From positions 5,904 to 69,903 of the forward strand of contig CAMCCH010000001.1 in assembly GCA_945873335.1 (NCBI GenBank): a DNA stretch of 64,000 nt. Direction: 5' to 3'. A program made the translations under genes and the position numbers. The DNA comes from Bifidobacterium breve. Lineage in GTDB: Bacteria; Actinomycetota; Actinomycetes; Nanopelagicales; Nanopelagicaceae. Position 1 is the stretch's first letter, and every line of letters begins with the position of its first letter. This document shows positions 17,989 to 29,400 of this stretch, piece by piece. The notes beneath the pieces were generated by a model. It saw nothing but the letters and a program-made list of their open reading frames with translations. It had not been told where the DNA came from and did no database searches.

Positions 17989-20369
17989 AAATCCCCCATG
18001 AGATATGCAACGACGCCGCGATCCAAGCGCTTCACGCCATCTCTACATTTGTCGCGAAGATTCTCACTTGCTCCACCAATTTGGGTGAGTAAATCTATGA
18101 GTTGTTTGGTCGAGCGAACAAAATCTCCCACGGATAAATCACTACCTTTGAGAACACTTGATAGCGACTGACCATTAGCCCAACGGTATGAAATGGAACA
18201 GAAACCAAAGTCAGGCTCTTTCTGAGTTTTCACACCGAAATCATTTTCCAATTTCTCAAGTTGTGCCCAAAGGGAAGAGATCTCAGAGAGGGCATTTGCA
18301 ACATTGATATGAGGAATTTTGGGAGCGAGATTTTCTTGAGAGCGCGATTGGAAGATCATCGATGAGGCAACAGAAAGCAGCTCGGGTGAGCTCAGGTTAT
18401 CGAGTAGGCCAAGACGAATGGTCTCTGTCAGTAAGAGATCTGATTCAGCGTAAATCTTGGCAAGAATTTTTCCTTGTGGAGAACTCTTCTCTCCATCGAT
18501 GTATTTGAGATGAGTGAGTACATCGCAAATTTGATCGAATGTTTTAGCAATGACATGGGTTCTATTCTCGACGCGTTTCGTCAGTCCATCATTTTCGCGA
18601 CGAAGTCGATCTGCCCTTTCGGCTAAACGAGCATGAGTCTCACGATCACTACAGCCGTGGCAACTATGTTCGCGCATTCCCTTTTTTAGGCCCTGCATCT
18701 CGCTTTCGAGATGTGCTCGCTGCCTGTGATCAAAAGTTTTCTTACCATCGCGCTTTGAAAGCAAAATTTCAATCTCACGGATCTCACGTCGTAGTCGGGC
18801 GTAATCGCTGAAATCGCCGAGATGGCAGGTTGCATCTTTCATTAGATCAGCCATCGCAACGTTATTCTTTTTTATCTGTCGCGTCAGACCAACAACTGCT
18901 CTGTCAGCTTGGAATTGTGCAAAAGATGATTCCAATGAGCCACGTGCTCGTTCGCGACCAAAGCGAGAAATAAGATTTATTGCCATGTTATACGTTGGCG
19001 CAAAAGAAGAACGCAGAGGATAAGTACGCGTTGAGGCAAGTCCAGCAGCAGTTGCTGAATCAACCGTTGGTGACCATTGAATAACTGCGTTACCTTCAAT
19101 GTCAATACCACGTCGTCCTGCTCGACCAGTAAGTTGGGTGTATTCCCCCGGAGTAATTGGAACGTGCGCTTCACCGTTATATTTCACAAGTTTTTCAAGT
19201 ACAACAGTACGAGCCGGCATATTAATACCGAGTGCCAATGTCTCAGTTGCAAATACTGCCTTTACTAATCCTTTTTGAAACAACTCTTCGACTGCTCCCT
19301 TGAAACTTGGCAACAAGCCTGCATGGTGAGCTGCGATGCCTCGTTCTAAAGCAGTAAGCCAATCATCAAAGCCGAGAACTACTAGATCTTCTTCAGCCAA
19401 ATTCAGGGTGTAGCGCAGCGCAGTTTCTCTGATGATTGCTCGCTCTTCGGTATTTGTAAGACGCAAGCCTGCTTGAAGACATTGCTTTACCGCAGCATCA
19501 CAGCCAATACGAGAAAAAATAAAAGTGATTGCAGGTAGGAGATTCTCTCGATTGAGCTTTTCAATAATGTCAGCCCGTGTGAGTCGGCTGCCTTCTTCGC
19601 TAAATCGCTCGCGGCGTTGACGAGGCACTCGTACCTTGCGCATCGCCTCTCGCTCTAACTTCAATATTTCGGCATTTATCTGTCCCGGTTGAGAGAAGAG
19701 ATCAACGAGTCGATTTCCGATAAGGACGTGTTGATAGAGAGGAATAGGGCGAATTTCGCTAACAATGACTTCGGTGCTGCCACGAATCTCGCCTAACCAT
19801 TCACCAAACTCTTCGGCATTTGAAACAGTTGCAGAAAGAGAAATTACCTGCACGCTCTCCATGAGATGAATCAGAACTTCTTCCCAGACCGCGCCGCGAA
19901 ATTTATCTGCGAGGTAATGGACCTCATCCATAACAACACAGCCCAAGTTCTTCAGAGTTGATGAATTTGCATAGAGCATGTTACGAAGCACTTCTGTGGT
20001 CATAACGAGTATCTCGGCTTCGCTATTGATACTTGTATCCCCTGTTAGAAGACCAACGCGATCTTCACCAAAGCGCGAAACAAACTCTTGATATTTCTGA
20101 TTTGAAAGAGCTTTGATAGGAGTCGTATAGAAGCATTTCATGGAGCGACGCAGAGCTATATACGCAGCAAATTCTCCAACGACTGTCTTACCTGCTCCTG
20201 TAGGAGCTGCAACGAGAACACCTTTCCCATCTTCGACAGCATTGCATGCTGCAATCTGGAAGGGATCAAAAGGAAAATCAAACGTCTCGATAAATTCAGC
20301 AGTGATCTGATATTTCTTGCGCGCGGTAGCCGCCGCGAATTTTTGCGCTGGAGAGGCTATGGAATCCAT
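17985..20369 (-). CDS. helY: Ski2-like DEVH RNA helicase HelY
   Basis: APTGAGKT, TPIKALSNQK, DEVH, SAT, QLTGRAGRRG; start trimmed to ATG 20369. Confidence 0.88.
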   Translation of the reverse strand: MDSIASPAQKFAAATARKKYQITAEFIETFDFPFDPFQIAACNAVEDGKGVLVAAPTGAGKTVVGEFAAYIALRRSMKCFYTTPIKALSNQKYQEFVSRFGEDRVGLLTGDTSINSEAEILVMTTEVLRNMLYANSSTLKNLGCVVMDEVHYLADKFRGAVWEEVLIHLMESVQVISLSATVSNAEEFGEWLGEIRGSTEVIVSEIRPIPLYQHVLIGNRLVDLFSQPGQINAEILKLEREAMRKVRVPRQRRERFSEEGSRLTRADIIEKLNRENLLPAITFIFSRIGCDAAVKQCLQAGLRLTNTEERAIIRETALRYTLNLAEEDLVVLGFDDWLTALERGIAAHHAGLLPSFKGAVEELFQKGLVKAVFATETLALGINMPARTVVLEKLVKYNGEAHVPITPGEYTQLTGRAGRRGIDIEGNAVIQWSPTVDSATAAGLASTRTYPLRSSFAPTYNMAINLISRFGRERARGSLESSFAQFQADRAVVGLTRQIKKNNVAMADLMKDATCHLGDFSDYARLRREIREIEILLSKRDGKKTFDHRQRAHLESEMQGLKKGMREHSCHGCSDRETHARLAERADRLRRENDGLTKRVENRTHVIAKTFDQICDVLTHLKYIDGEKSSPQGKILAKIYAESDLLLTETIRLGLLDNLSSPELLSVASSMIFQSRSQENLAPKIPHINVANALSEISSLWAQLEKLENDFGVKTQKEPDFGFCSISYRWANGQSLSSVLKGSDLSVGDFVRSTKQLIDLLTQIGGASENLRDKCRDGVKRLDRGVVAYLMGDL

Positions 20370-21229
20370 GTAGAAAGAGCCCCCATTACGCATTCAGCCG
20401 AAATAGGTAGTTGACCTATTCGCTCACCATCTGCATACGCAACAGTATCGGCTTCAATGCGTACTCTTCTACTTCTATAAACACTGACTTCCGGATGATT
20501 TACATGCTTGCCGCTATAAACCGTTGGGAAGACTCGGATAAATTCCGGAATTGATACTGGCCTAAGAATCATCACATCAAATAATCCATCTTGAATATTC
20601 GCATCGGGACAAACTCTCATGCCACCGCCATATGAAGTGCCATTTCCAATAGCGATGAGCATCGCCTGAGTTGAAATAACCTGATCATCTAATTCAATTT
20701 CATAATGAACTGGCTTGAATTTTGGTAACTCGAGTGCAATTGCCGCGTTATATCTCATGGGCCCTTTAGGCCATTTCAAAATATTGGCTCGCTCATTCAC
20801 TATGGCATCGAAACCAGAGGAGAGTACTGCTGCAAACCATTCGCCATCGACTAGTCCTAAATCAATATTTACAGGTCTAGTTTCAAATACTCGTTGTAGA
20901 TAGCCGGTAATTTCATCCAAAGACCAACCTAGTGTTCTGACAAGATCATTGCCAGTGCCACCTGGGATAAATGCAATTGGGATATGTGCAGGAACAGCGG
21001 ATTGCAATATCAAATGGGCGAGGCCATCTCCCCCTACGGCAATGATTCCATCGATAAGGTCGCGATTTCTAGAAATCTTTTCTTTGAGTGAAGTAGAAAG
21101 AGATTGCGCATTGACCCCAGTGACAATCTCGTAATCGATACCTCTGCTAGAACAATAGCCCGCAACTTTTGTTCCCATGGTGGCGCCGCGACCCTGGCCA
21201 GATGTCGGATTGATTGCTATGAGCCACAT
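20357..21229 (-). CDS. Diacylglycerol/lipid kinase family protein (YegS/Rv2252-like)
   Basis: INPTSG.G, GGDG, PGGTGND, YGGGM, ADGE. Confidence 0.88.
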   Translation of the reverse strand: MWLIAINPTSGQGRGATMGTKVAGYCSSRGIDYEIVTGVNAQSLSTSLKEKISRNRDLIDGIIAVGGDGLAHLILQSAVPAHIPIAFIPGGTGNDLVRTLGWSLDEITGYLQRVFETRPVNIDLGLVDGEWFAAVLSSGFDAIVNERANILKWPKGPMRYNAAIALELPKFKPVHYEIELDDQVISTQAMLIAIGNGTSYGGGMRVCPDANIQDGLFDVMILRPVSIPEFIRVFPTVYSGKHVNHPEVSVYRSRRVRIEADTVAYADGERIGQLPISAECVMGALSTWIP

Positions 21230-21232
21230 TAG

Positions 21233-22042
21233 TTAGATTTCTTGCGCACTCTCAATTGGCATGACTCCATCAAGGGCCTTCAACTTTTTCTTATCTCGTC
21301 GCTTATCGACAAGCGACGCAATGCCGCCAGCCATAAAATAAAGCAAGCACAAGGGAATTGCTAAAAGAAGCATTGTGAATGGATCCGCTGTAGGGGTAAA
21401 TGCGGCGGTAAATAGCACGATTGAAAAAATCCATATTCTCCACGGTTTGAGGATTGTCTCTCCTCGCAAGAATCCGATGAGATTGAAGGTGACTAAAAAG
21501 ACCGGGAGCTCGAAGGCTAATCCGAAGATCAAAATAATACGCATTACAAAATCAAGATAATCATCAAAGCGAATTAGATTTGATAACGAGTTAGGTGTGA
21601 ATCCGAAAAGCACCTTGATGGCGACAGGCAGAACTAGGTACCCAAGAGTTGCACCTGCTGCAAAAAATGGCGTTGCCGAGAGAATGAAAAAGATGGAGTT
21701 ACGTTTCTCTTTGCGATGAAGTCCTGGGGCAATAAATGCCCACAGCTGATAGAGCCACAGTGGTGCAGAAGCAATTACTCCAGTCAGCAGAGATACCTTT
21801 ATTTGTAAATTGAGGGGACCGAGAACTCCATTGATATAGAGCGAACCACAACTGGCATCTCCATTAGCTTGCGCCGCAGATAAATCACATACTGGTGTAG
21901 CGAGTTGGGTAATGATCGGGTTATAGAAAAACCATCCGACCATTGCCCCGACAACGATGACAAAAACGGCGCGGAAGAGTCTTTTTCTAAATTCGCGCAA
22001 ATGATCGAGCAGCGGCATACGACCGCTTGAGGTGGCCGCCAT
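21233..22042 (-). CDS. tatC: Twin-arginine translocase TatC
   Basis: MPLLDHLREFRKR, YQLWAFIAPGL, FELP, TPTADP. Confidence 0.95.
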   Translation of the reverse strand: MAATSSGRMPLLDHLREFRKRLFRAVFVIVVGAMVGWFFYNPIITQLATPVCDLSAAQANGDASCGSLYINGVLGPLNLQIKVSLLTGVIASAPLWLYQLWAFIAPGLHRKEKRNSIFFILSATPFFAAGATLGYLVLPVAIKVLFGFTPNSLSNLIRFDDYLDFVMRIILIFGLAFELPVFLVTFNLIGFLRGETILKPWRIWIFSIVLFTAAFTPTADPFTMLLLAIPLCLLYFMAGGIASLVDKRRDKKKLKALDGVMPIESAQEI

Positions 22043-22047
22043 AGATT

Positions 22048-22233
22048 TTACTTTTCGGTGCTGCCCTCTTCGCCGCTCTTCTTCTCATCTTGATTCATCT
22101 CTTTTATCTCACTCTTAAAGATTCGCATTGAGCGACCGAGTGAGCGAGCAGAATCTGGAAGACGCTTTGCTCCAAAGAGGACAAGAACGACAATAAGAAG
22201 AATCAGAATATGACTTGGCTCGCGTAGAAACAT
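22048..22233 (-). CDS. tatA: Twin-arginine translocase TatA
   Basis: TM helix then [22 protein letters not shown]; adjacent to tatC. Confidence 0.92.
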   Translation of the reverse strand: MFLREPSHILILLIVVLVLFGAKRLPDSARSLGRSMRIFKSEIKEMNQDEKKSGEEGSTEK

Positions 22234-22302
22234 GGATACCCCTTTGTGGTTCGTGCCTTGCGGAAATACTACCCCGAAACCTCTTTCTTATCTAAGGCTC
22301 CC

Positions 22303-23238
22303 CTACTCCTTCTCATAGAGGGCCAAGAGGGCTTTCGCCGAACTCGCAATATCGCCCCTTTCGCTCTCTGGAGAGAGAAGCTCCACTGATGCCGCAGCCG
22401 AGAAGATCATCCTTCTCATCCATTCAGCTGTGAAGGAAGTGATTTCTTTTTCGATACCGGAATGGAGCTCTTTATCTTCTCCTTCAAATTCAAAGAGTTC
22501 TCGAGCCGCACGCAAGTGGCTGTGTATGCGAATTCGATAAGAAATCTGAGGATTCTCTATGCCTTGTGAAAGATGCTCGGGCTTCAATTTCTTTTCGGCG
22601 ATAGAGGCGCTTTGAATACGATCAAGTCGAAAGGTTCGAAAGGATTGAGCCTGATCGCAGTACGCAAATACATATTCGTGGAACGAATCATTTTGCCATT
22701 CGATAGGCAAAATTGTTCGCTCTGAAATTCGATCGGCATAGAGTGAGTGATACTTGATATCTAAAGATGTTCCTGATGAAATTGCGGTAGTGATCGTAGA
22801 ACGTATGGAGCCGTCAATTGCCGGTTCCGCCTTCAACTGAGCTTGCAACCCAATCAGTGTTCGCAAACGTTGCGATAAAACATCGATATTCGATAGTAGA
22901 TCTTTACGATCTAGTGCAAGGGCGCTGCGAACAAGGTCTAGGCCGAGTAAAAGTGCAATCGCCTCTTCCTTATTGAGCGAACGTGGACTCTCTAACGTTT
23001 GTGCATTTCGAATCGTGACGTAGCCAGAATCGAAAGAGAGATCAATCAATTCCAGTGGCGTGTAGCCCGGTAAGCCACACATCCATAGCGTTGTCAGGTC
23101 AGCATTCATTTCACTCTCACTAACGCCAAAATTTTGCGCAAGAGTGGACAGCGCTATTCCTTGATGTGCATGCAAATATGGAACAAGGTCGAGCATACGA
23201 GCTGCTTTATTTAGCGGCGAAGTTGGATTCTTAGCCAT
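22303..23238 (-). CDS. pafC: WYL-domain transcriptional regulator PafC
   Basis: RMLDLVPYL HTH, LWMCGLPGY.P..LIDL, FRTFRLDRI; start trimmed to ATG 23238. Confidence 0.85.
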   Translation of the reverse strand: MAKNPTSPLNKAARMLDLVPYLHAHQGIALSTLAQNFGVSESEMNADLTTLWMCGLPGYTPLELIDLSFDSGYVTIRNAQTLESPRSLNKEEAIALLLGLDLVRSALALDRKDLLSNIDVLSQRLRTLIGLQAQLKAEPAIDGSIRSTITTAISSGTSLDIKYHSLYADRISERTILPIEWQNDSFHEYVFAYCDQAQSFRTFRLDRIQSASIAEKKLKPEHLSQGIENPQISYRIRIHSHLRAARELFEFEGEDKELHSGIEKEITSFTAEWMRRMIFSAAASVELLSPESERGDIASSAKALLALYEKE

Positions 23239-24172
23239 GAAGCACCACCAACTGCCGTAATGCATCTATGACACCCTTACGCAATGAATCGTCGCTAACA
23301 ACTTTCGCATCTGCGCCATGCCAGAGAACTAGTTTTATCATTCGCTCAACATCTGGATAGGAAATCCGAATTCGATCCCACTCCCCCATATCCTCAAGAC
23401 TTATCGCCATATGGCGCAAAACATGGGCTTTACCTTTACGTATATCGAGATCTGATTTCATAAGCGCATCTGCACCACTGAGTTGTGCAGCCAAATCGAA
23501 ATCTTTGGGAATTTCGTAGCTTTTTCCTTTAGATGCTTTAGCAATATCGCCATCGATTCGATCAAATCTGAATATTCGAATGCCTTCGCGCTTGTGATCG
23601 AAACCGACGAGGTACCAATGCCCATTTCGTGTGGCAATTCCATATGGATCTACGATTCTTTCTTCGACACTCAATTCGGCTGCGATGTAACTAAATGTCA
23701 CTGGAATTCGAGAAGTTATAGCCGCGGTCAGAGTTTCAAAACTTATATGCGACGAACTCAATCGAGGTGTCATCGCCGGCAACGCGTCAATATCGGAGAC
23801 AACACCTATTGAAGAGAGTCGAAGTAGTGCGCTTTGCGCGGCACCATCGAGTGCAGCACCTCTCCATGCTTCCGCCGCGAGTGAAAGAAGAGCAAGATCT
23901 TCACCAGAAATATCATCAAGATTGAGCGCATAACTCTCAGGTCTGATTCGATAACCTGCTTCATCATCGAAGAGCGGATCAAAATTTCCAACTTCAATTT
24001 CAATACCTAAATTGCGCAGATCATCTTTATCACGCTCAAACATTCTCTCTTTTGTTTCAGGAGTTCCTTCGTAGCCTTCTACCGTTCTAAATATTTCACT
24101 CTTTGTGATGAATCTCTTTGTTGCTAGCAACGCAATTGTGAGATTGACTAAACGCTCACTCTTCCGCGACAC
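23231..24172 (-). CDS. pafB: WYL-domain transcriptional regulator PafB
   Basis: ERLVNLTIALL, RMFERDKDDLR, GHWYLVG.D..R...R.FRFDRI; start trimmed to GTG 24172. Confidence 0.87.
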   Translation of the reverse strand: MSRKSERLVNLTIALLATKRFITKSEIFRTVEGYEGTPETKERMFERDKDDLRNLGIEIEVGNFDPLFDDEAGYRIRPESYALNLDDISGEDLALLSLAAEAWRGAALDGAAQSALLRLSSIGVVSDIDALPAMTPRLSSSHISFETLTAAITSRIPVTFSYIAAELSVEERIVDPYGIATRNGHWYLVGFDHKREGIRIFRFDRIDGDIAKASKGKSYEIPKDFDLAAQLSGADALMKSDLDIRKGKAHVLRHMAISLEDMGEWDRIRISYPDVERMIKLVLWHGADAKVVSDDSLRKGVIDALRQLVVLHG

Positions 24173-25007
24173 CGTAAGAGCCTTTCGCAGGACGACGTCG
24201 ACGGGCAAGTACCTCAACACCAGGTGCCATACGACGAGATTGAATAAGGAAACCTGTGTGACCAATCATCCGCTGTTGTGGGCGAACTGCTAATCCTTCA
24301 TGGTGCCATCCACGCACAATCGTTTCGCTACTCTCTGGTTCCGTGAAGCGACCATCATCTTTGAGCGCTTCAGCAGTTACTGAAAGCTGCGTTGTTGTTG
24401 CGACATAGGCTAGAAAAACTCCGCCTGGTCGAAGGGCCCGAGCAGCGAGATCAACGCATTCCCACGGAGCCAACATGTCGAGTACAACTCGGTCGTACTC
24501 AGATTCAAAATTTTGGTCTTGCAAATCTCCAACGCTCAGTGACCAATTTGATGGTTTTTCGCCAAAATAATTTGAGACATTCGCGTGCGCATTCTCGGCA
24601 AAATCAGCGCGTCTCTCAATTGAATTTACTTTTCCAGATGTTCCTACGGCTCTCAATAGTGAAATGGTGAGTGCCCCGCTTCCAACACCTGCTTCGAGAA
24701 CTCGAGCACCTGGATAGATATCAGCAAGTCCCACAATCATCGCTGCATCTTTAGGATAAACAATTGTTGCTCCACGAGGCATTGTCAGAACATAATCAGC
24801 GAGCAGCGGTTTGAAAGCGGTAAATTTGAGACCTGCAGTTGTACTTACAACGCTGCCTTCAGGTAATCCAATGAGTTCATCGTGAACGATCCAACCCTTA
24901 TGGGTATGCCACTCTTTTCCCGGTGTGATTGTGAAGCTGTATAATTTGCCTTTTGGATCGGTAAGTTGAATACGATCACCAGCTGAGAAATACCCGAGGT
25001 TAGACAC
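24156..25007 (-). CDS. trmI: tRNA (adenine-58-N1)-methyltransferase
   Basis: MPRGATIVYPKD, LEAGVGSGAL, LDMLAPW, HTGFL. Confidence 0.92.
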   Translation of the reverse strand: MSNLGYFSAGDRIQLTDPKGKLYSFTITPGKEWHTHKGWIVHDELIGLPEGSVVSTTAGLKFTAFKPLLADYVLTMPRGATIVYPKDAAMIVGLADIYPGARVLEAGVGSGALTISLLRAVGTSGKVNSIERRADFAENAHANVSNYFGEKPSNWSLSVGDLQDQNFESEYDRVVLDMLAPWECVDLAARALRPGGVFLAYVATTTQLSVTAEALKDDGRFTEPESSETIVRGWHHEGLAVRPQQRMIGHTGFLIQSRRMAPGVEVLARRRRPAKGSYGVAEE

Positions 25008-25044
25008 CAGAGCATTCTAGGCGTTTGAGGGTATCTTCGCCTCT

Positions 25045-25803
25045 ATGGAACTACCACTTCGACTATCGCCTAGCCGCATCTCTGATTTCAATAATTGCCC
25101 TCAGCATTATAAATATCGAGTCGTAGATAAATTACCCGAACCGCCAAGTATTGATGCTGAACGCGGAACCCTTGTCCATACAGTTTTACATGACCTCTTT
25201 GAATCTCCTGCCGCAGAGCGAACTCCAGAAAAGGCAATTGAATTGCTGCCTTCGCGCTGGATCGAGCAGATGGAAGGCAAACCAGAGTTGGCCTCAATGA
25301 TTACGAACGAGAAAGAATGGCTAGATAGAGCGAGTGCTCTCTTACGAGTCTATTTCGAGTTAGAAGATCCTTCTTCTTTTGATGCGACACATCGTGAATT
25401 ACATTTGGAAAACGACCTAAGTGAAAAACTCTATCTTCATGGCTATGTTGACCGACTCGATGTTGCGCCAACTGGTGAAGTTCGAATTATTGATTACAAG
25501 ACAGGAAAATCCCCAAAACCGGGGTGGGAAGAGAAAGCCCTCTTCCAATTGCGCGTCTACGCGCTCCTGTACTGGAAAAATCATGGAGTTCTGACTCGAT
25601 TATTGCAATTGATTTATCTGGGTGATGGCAAAGTGGTTCGTAGTCAACCAACCATCGCTGATCTTGAATCTACAGAGAAAATCCTCTTGCAGATCGCACG
25701 CGATTTAGAAGCATCATATGAAAAAGATTACTGGCCAACTAAAACAAGTCGCCTATGCGATTGGTGCCACTTTAAATCGATATGTCCTGCACATAACAAG
25801 TAG
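25045..25803 (+). CDS. RecB-family PD-(D/E)XK nuclease with 4-Cys cluster (Rv2119-like)
   Basis: LSPSR..DF..CP, G.VDRLD, IIDYKTG, QL.VY, C.WC.FK..CP. Confidence 0.85.
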   Translation: MELPLRLSPSRISDFNNCPQHYKYRVVDKLPEPPSIDAERGTLVHTVLHDLFESPAAERTPEKAIELLPSRWIEQMEGKPELASMITNEKEWLDRASALLRVYFELEDPSSFDATHRELHLENDLSEKLYLHGYVDRLDVAPTGEVRIIDYKTGKSPKPGWEEKALFQLRVYALLYWKNHGVLTRLLQLIYLGDGKVVRSQPTIADLESTEKILLQIARDLEASYEKDYWPTKTSRLCDWCHFKSICPAHNK

Positions 25804-25805
25804 TA

Positions 25806-26468
25806 CTACTGCGAAACGAATTCTGTGTAGTAGTTAGCCAGTACCTCAATATTTAGTTCTTCCAGAGACTTGATAACACGCACTCGTGGAGATTCGTTTA
25901 CAGTTACAAAATGTGGAACTGCAATAAGGAAAGCTCCTGACGCGGTAGCTGCTGCTACCCCGGTAAGTGAATCTTCAAAAACTAGACAATTAGTAATATC
26001 TACGCCGAAAAACTCTGCTGCTTTGAGGTAACCCTCTGGATCTGGCTTAGTCTTTTTGACATCATCAGATGAAATTGTGGTTGCAAAATCATGATCAACC
26101 CCACTCAGTACAGCGTTGACGATATTTCGTGGACTCGCTGAAACCATCGCAATGGGAACTCCCGATTCCTTCAAAACTCTGGCTAATTTTTGTGCTCCTG
26201 GCATGAGTTGTGTTCCCGCTGCGAGTTTCGCGACGACAATTTCAACAAGTGCTTTAGTGAAAAATTGAGGGCTCTGGGCGGAAACTAACGAAAACATATA
26301 ATCACCGACGCGCGTCAATGGTCCACCAAGGCAATGAACTTGATCTTCATGTGTCCATACATGGCCATATCTAGCCATCAATTCAGTTTCGCCTTCAAGC
26401 CACAAAGGTTCGGAATTTGCGAAAAGTCCATCCATATCAAAGAAGACTGCGCTAAAGAAATTCTCCAT
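25806..26468 (-). CDS. HAD-superfamily phosphatase
   Basis: FDMDG, KPDPEGY, FEDS.TG..AA. Confidence 0.88.
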   Translation of the reverse strand: MENFFSAVFFDMDGLFANSEPLWLEGETELMARYGHVWTHEDQVHCLGGPLTRVGDYMFSLVSAQSPQFFTKALVEIVVAKLAAGTQLMPGAQKLARVLKESGVPIAMVSASPRNIVNAVLSGVDHDFATTISSDDVKKTKPDPEGYLKAAEFFGVDITNCLVFEDSLTGVAAATASGAFLIAVPHFVTVNESPRVRVIKSLEELNIEVLANYYTEFVSQ

Positions 26469-29400
26469 TAGTTAGCGTTGAAGTACTTTGCTTCTGGGTG
26501 ATGCACAATAATTGCAGAAGTCGATTGCTCAGGATGTAATTGGAACTCCTCCGACAATTCAACTCCAATGTGACCGGGTTCTAAAAGTTCACAGAGTTGC
26601 ACTTGTTGCTCTAAATCTGGACATGCAGGATAACCAAATGAATAACGCGAGCCTCTATAGCCTTGATCCAGAATTTCCTGCAAATCAGGAGAGTCAAAAT
26701 TATTGAGAGCTAACTCTTCACGAATTCGAGCATGCCAATGTTCTGCTAAAGCCTCAGTGAGTTGCACAGATAAGCCATGAAGTTCCAAATAATCTCGGTA
26801 AGCATTTGCTTCAAAGAGTTTGGCACTAGCAGCACTGACCGAAGCACCCATCGTTACGATATGGAAAGCGACAACATCTGCTTTTCCTGAATCTTTTGCG
26901 GCAAAGAAATCACTGATACAAAGACGTCGATCTCGGGTTTGTCGCGGAAACTTGAATCGAGTGCGTTCTTTACCTTTATCGGGACCTTCATGATGAAGAA
27001 TCACTAAATCATTTCCATCGCTAACGCATGGGAAATATCCATAAACAACGGCAGCGTTGAGCCAACCCTGTGATTGTGCTTCGTTTATGAGAGCGCGAAG
27101 ACGTGGACGACCTTCGTCTTCAACCATGGTTTCATATTCGCCACGATTACCTTTGAGACCCCATTGACCGACAAAGAGCGCACGTTCGTCGAGCATTCCT
27201 GAATATTGAGCAAGCGGGATTCCTTTGACTACACGTGAACCAAAAAATGGAGCATGAGGAATATCCACATCGATTGCTACATCACTTCGGCGTGTATCGA
27301 TTTCTGCATCAGTTGAAATTTTGCGAGTATTTGCGACTTTGCGTTCGCGAAGCGCTGGAAGAGCAGCACCTTCGTCGCCACGCTTTACCGCCATGATGGA
27401 ATCCATAAGACGCAAGCCTTCAAATGCATCTCGCGCATATCGAACTTCGCCTGGGAAAACTGAAGCTAAATCTTGTTCAACATATGCACGAGTTAGGGCT
27501 GCTCCCCCTAGAACAATTGGCCATTTTTGATCGAGGCCACGTGCAGTTATCTCTTCAAGATTTTCTTTCATGATGACAGTTGATTTCACTAAAAGACCAC
27601 TCATTCCAACTGCATCGACGTTGGATTCCAGAGCGGCATCAATTATTTGATTTATAGTTTGTTTGATACCGATATTGACAACACGATAGCCATTATTTGT
27701 CAGAATAATATCGACCAAGTTCTTCCCGATATCGTGTACATCGCCTTTGACTGTAGCGAGCAACATAGTTCCACGACCTGCTTCATCCGTCTTTTCCATA
27801 TGTGGTTCAAGAAGAGCAACAGCACTCTTCATTACTTCCGCACTTTGAAGAACGAATGGCAATTGCATCTCACCCTTACCGAAAAGTTCTCCTACTACTT
27901 TCATGCCCTCAAGAAGGTAATCGTTGATAATCGCTAAAGGAGCGATTCCTTGCGCTCTTGCCGCGTCAAGGTCATCCTCAAGACCAACTTTTTCACCATC
28001 AATAATGCGACGCTCTAAACGCTTTTCAAGTGGAAGGGCTGCGAGTTCAGCTGCACGTGTATTTCGCGTTGCTGCCAATTCCACGCCTTCAAATAGTTGA
28101 AGGAATTCGGTGAGTGGATCGTAGGTACATTCCTCGCCATTGAAAGTGCGTCGGTCGTAGATGAGATCGAGTGCAACTTCCTTTTGACGCTCTGGAATAC
28201 GCGCCATAGGCATGATTTTAGAAGGGTGCACAATTGCAGAATCCAATCCAGCGTTTACGCATTCATTCAAGAAAACTGAGTTCAAAACAACGCGTGAAGC
28301 AGGATTGAGTCCAAAGGAAACGTTACTAACGCCTAAAGTTGTTTGCACCTGTGGGAATTCACTTTTCAATTGTTTGATAGCAGAGATAGTTTCGATTCCA
28401 TCTCGACGCGTCTCTTCTTGTCCCGTAGCGATTGGAAAAGTAAGACAATCAATCAAAATATCTCCGGTCTGCATGCCCCATGTCTGTGTCAGATCATTGA
28501 TGAGTCGACGCGCTACCTGTAGTTTCCATTCGCAATCACGTGCTTGACCTTTTTCATCGATAGTGAGTGCGACAACTCCTGCGCCATGTTCAACAACCAA
28601 GGGCATAATTTTGGCGAAACGAGAATCGGGTCCATCACCATCTTCGAAGTTCACTGAGTTAATAATGCTTCTGCCGCCGAGGCGCTCTAGTCCCGCTTTG
28701 AGAACTGCAGGTTCGGTTGAATCCAAAACAATAGGAAGTGTCGACGCCGTTGCAAAGCGTGATGCAAGTTCGGACATATCTGAGACGCCATTGCGGCCTA
28801 CATAATCAACTGAGAGATCGAGCATATGTGCGCCGTCGCGAATTTGATCTCGAGCAATCTCAACGCATGTCTGCCAATCCTCAGCAAGTAGAGCATCCCT
28901 AAATGCACGTGAACCATTTGCATTCGTACGCTCACCAATTGCCAAATAAGTTTTATCTTGTCTAAAGGGAACATACTGATAGAGAGATGATGCACCAGGT
29001 TCAATATCTGTCATCCGATTTGAATTTGTCGTTCCCCCGATTTCATCAACTACGGCCTTGAGATGCAACGGAGTTGTCCCACAACACCCACCAATGAGTG
29101 ATACTCCGTAATCTTTTACAAAACCTTTGAGCGCTATCGCTAATTCCGTTGGATTGAGCGGATAGTGCGCGCCGTTAGCACCAAGAATTGGTAAACCAGC
29201 GTTAGGCATAACAGATATGGCGCAATGTGCGCTCTTCGATAAGTAACGTAAATGTTCAGACATTTCAGTCGGACCAGTTGCACAATTGAGACCGATTAGA
29301 TCAATATCGAGTGGCTCTAACGCATTGAGTGCTGCCCCGATTTCAGAGCCCAACAACATTGTCCCCGTTGTTTCTACAGTTACTTGTGCAATGAGCACAA

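Noticed and set aside
22303-25803. Two WYL proteins plus a Cas4-like 4-Cys nuclease read as a defence system
   Set aside because: Motifs and synteny match housekeeping PafBC and the Rv2119-like nuclease next to trmI and tatAC; there is no array or effector gene.
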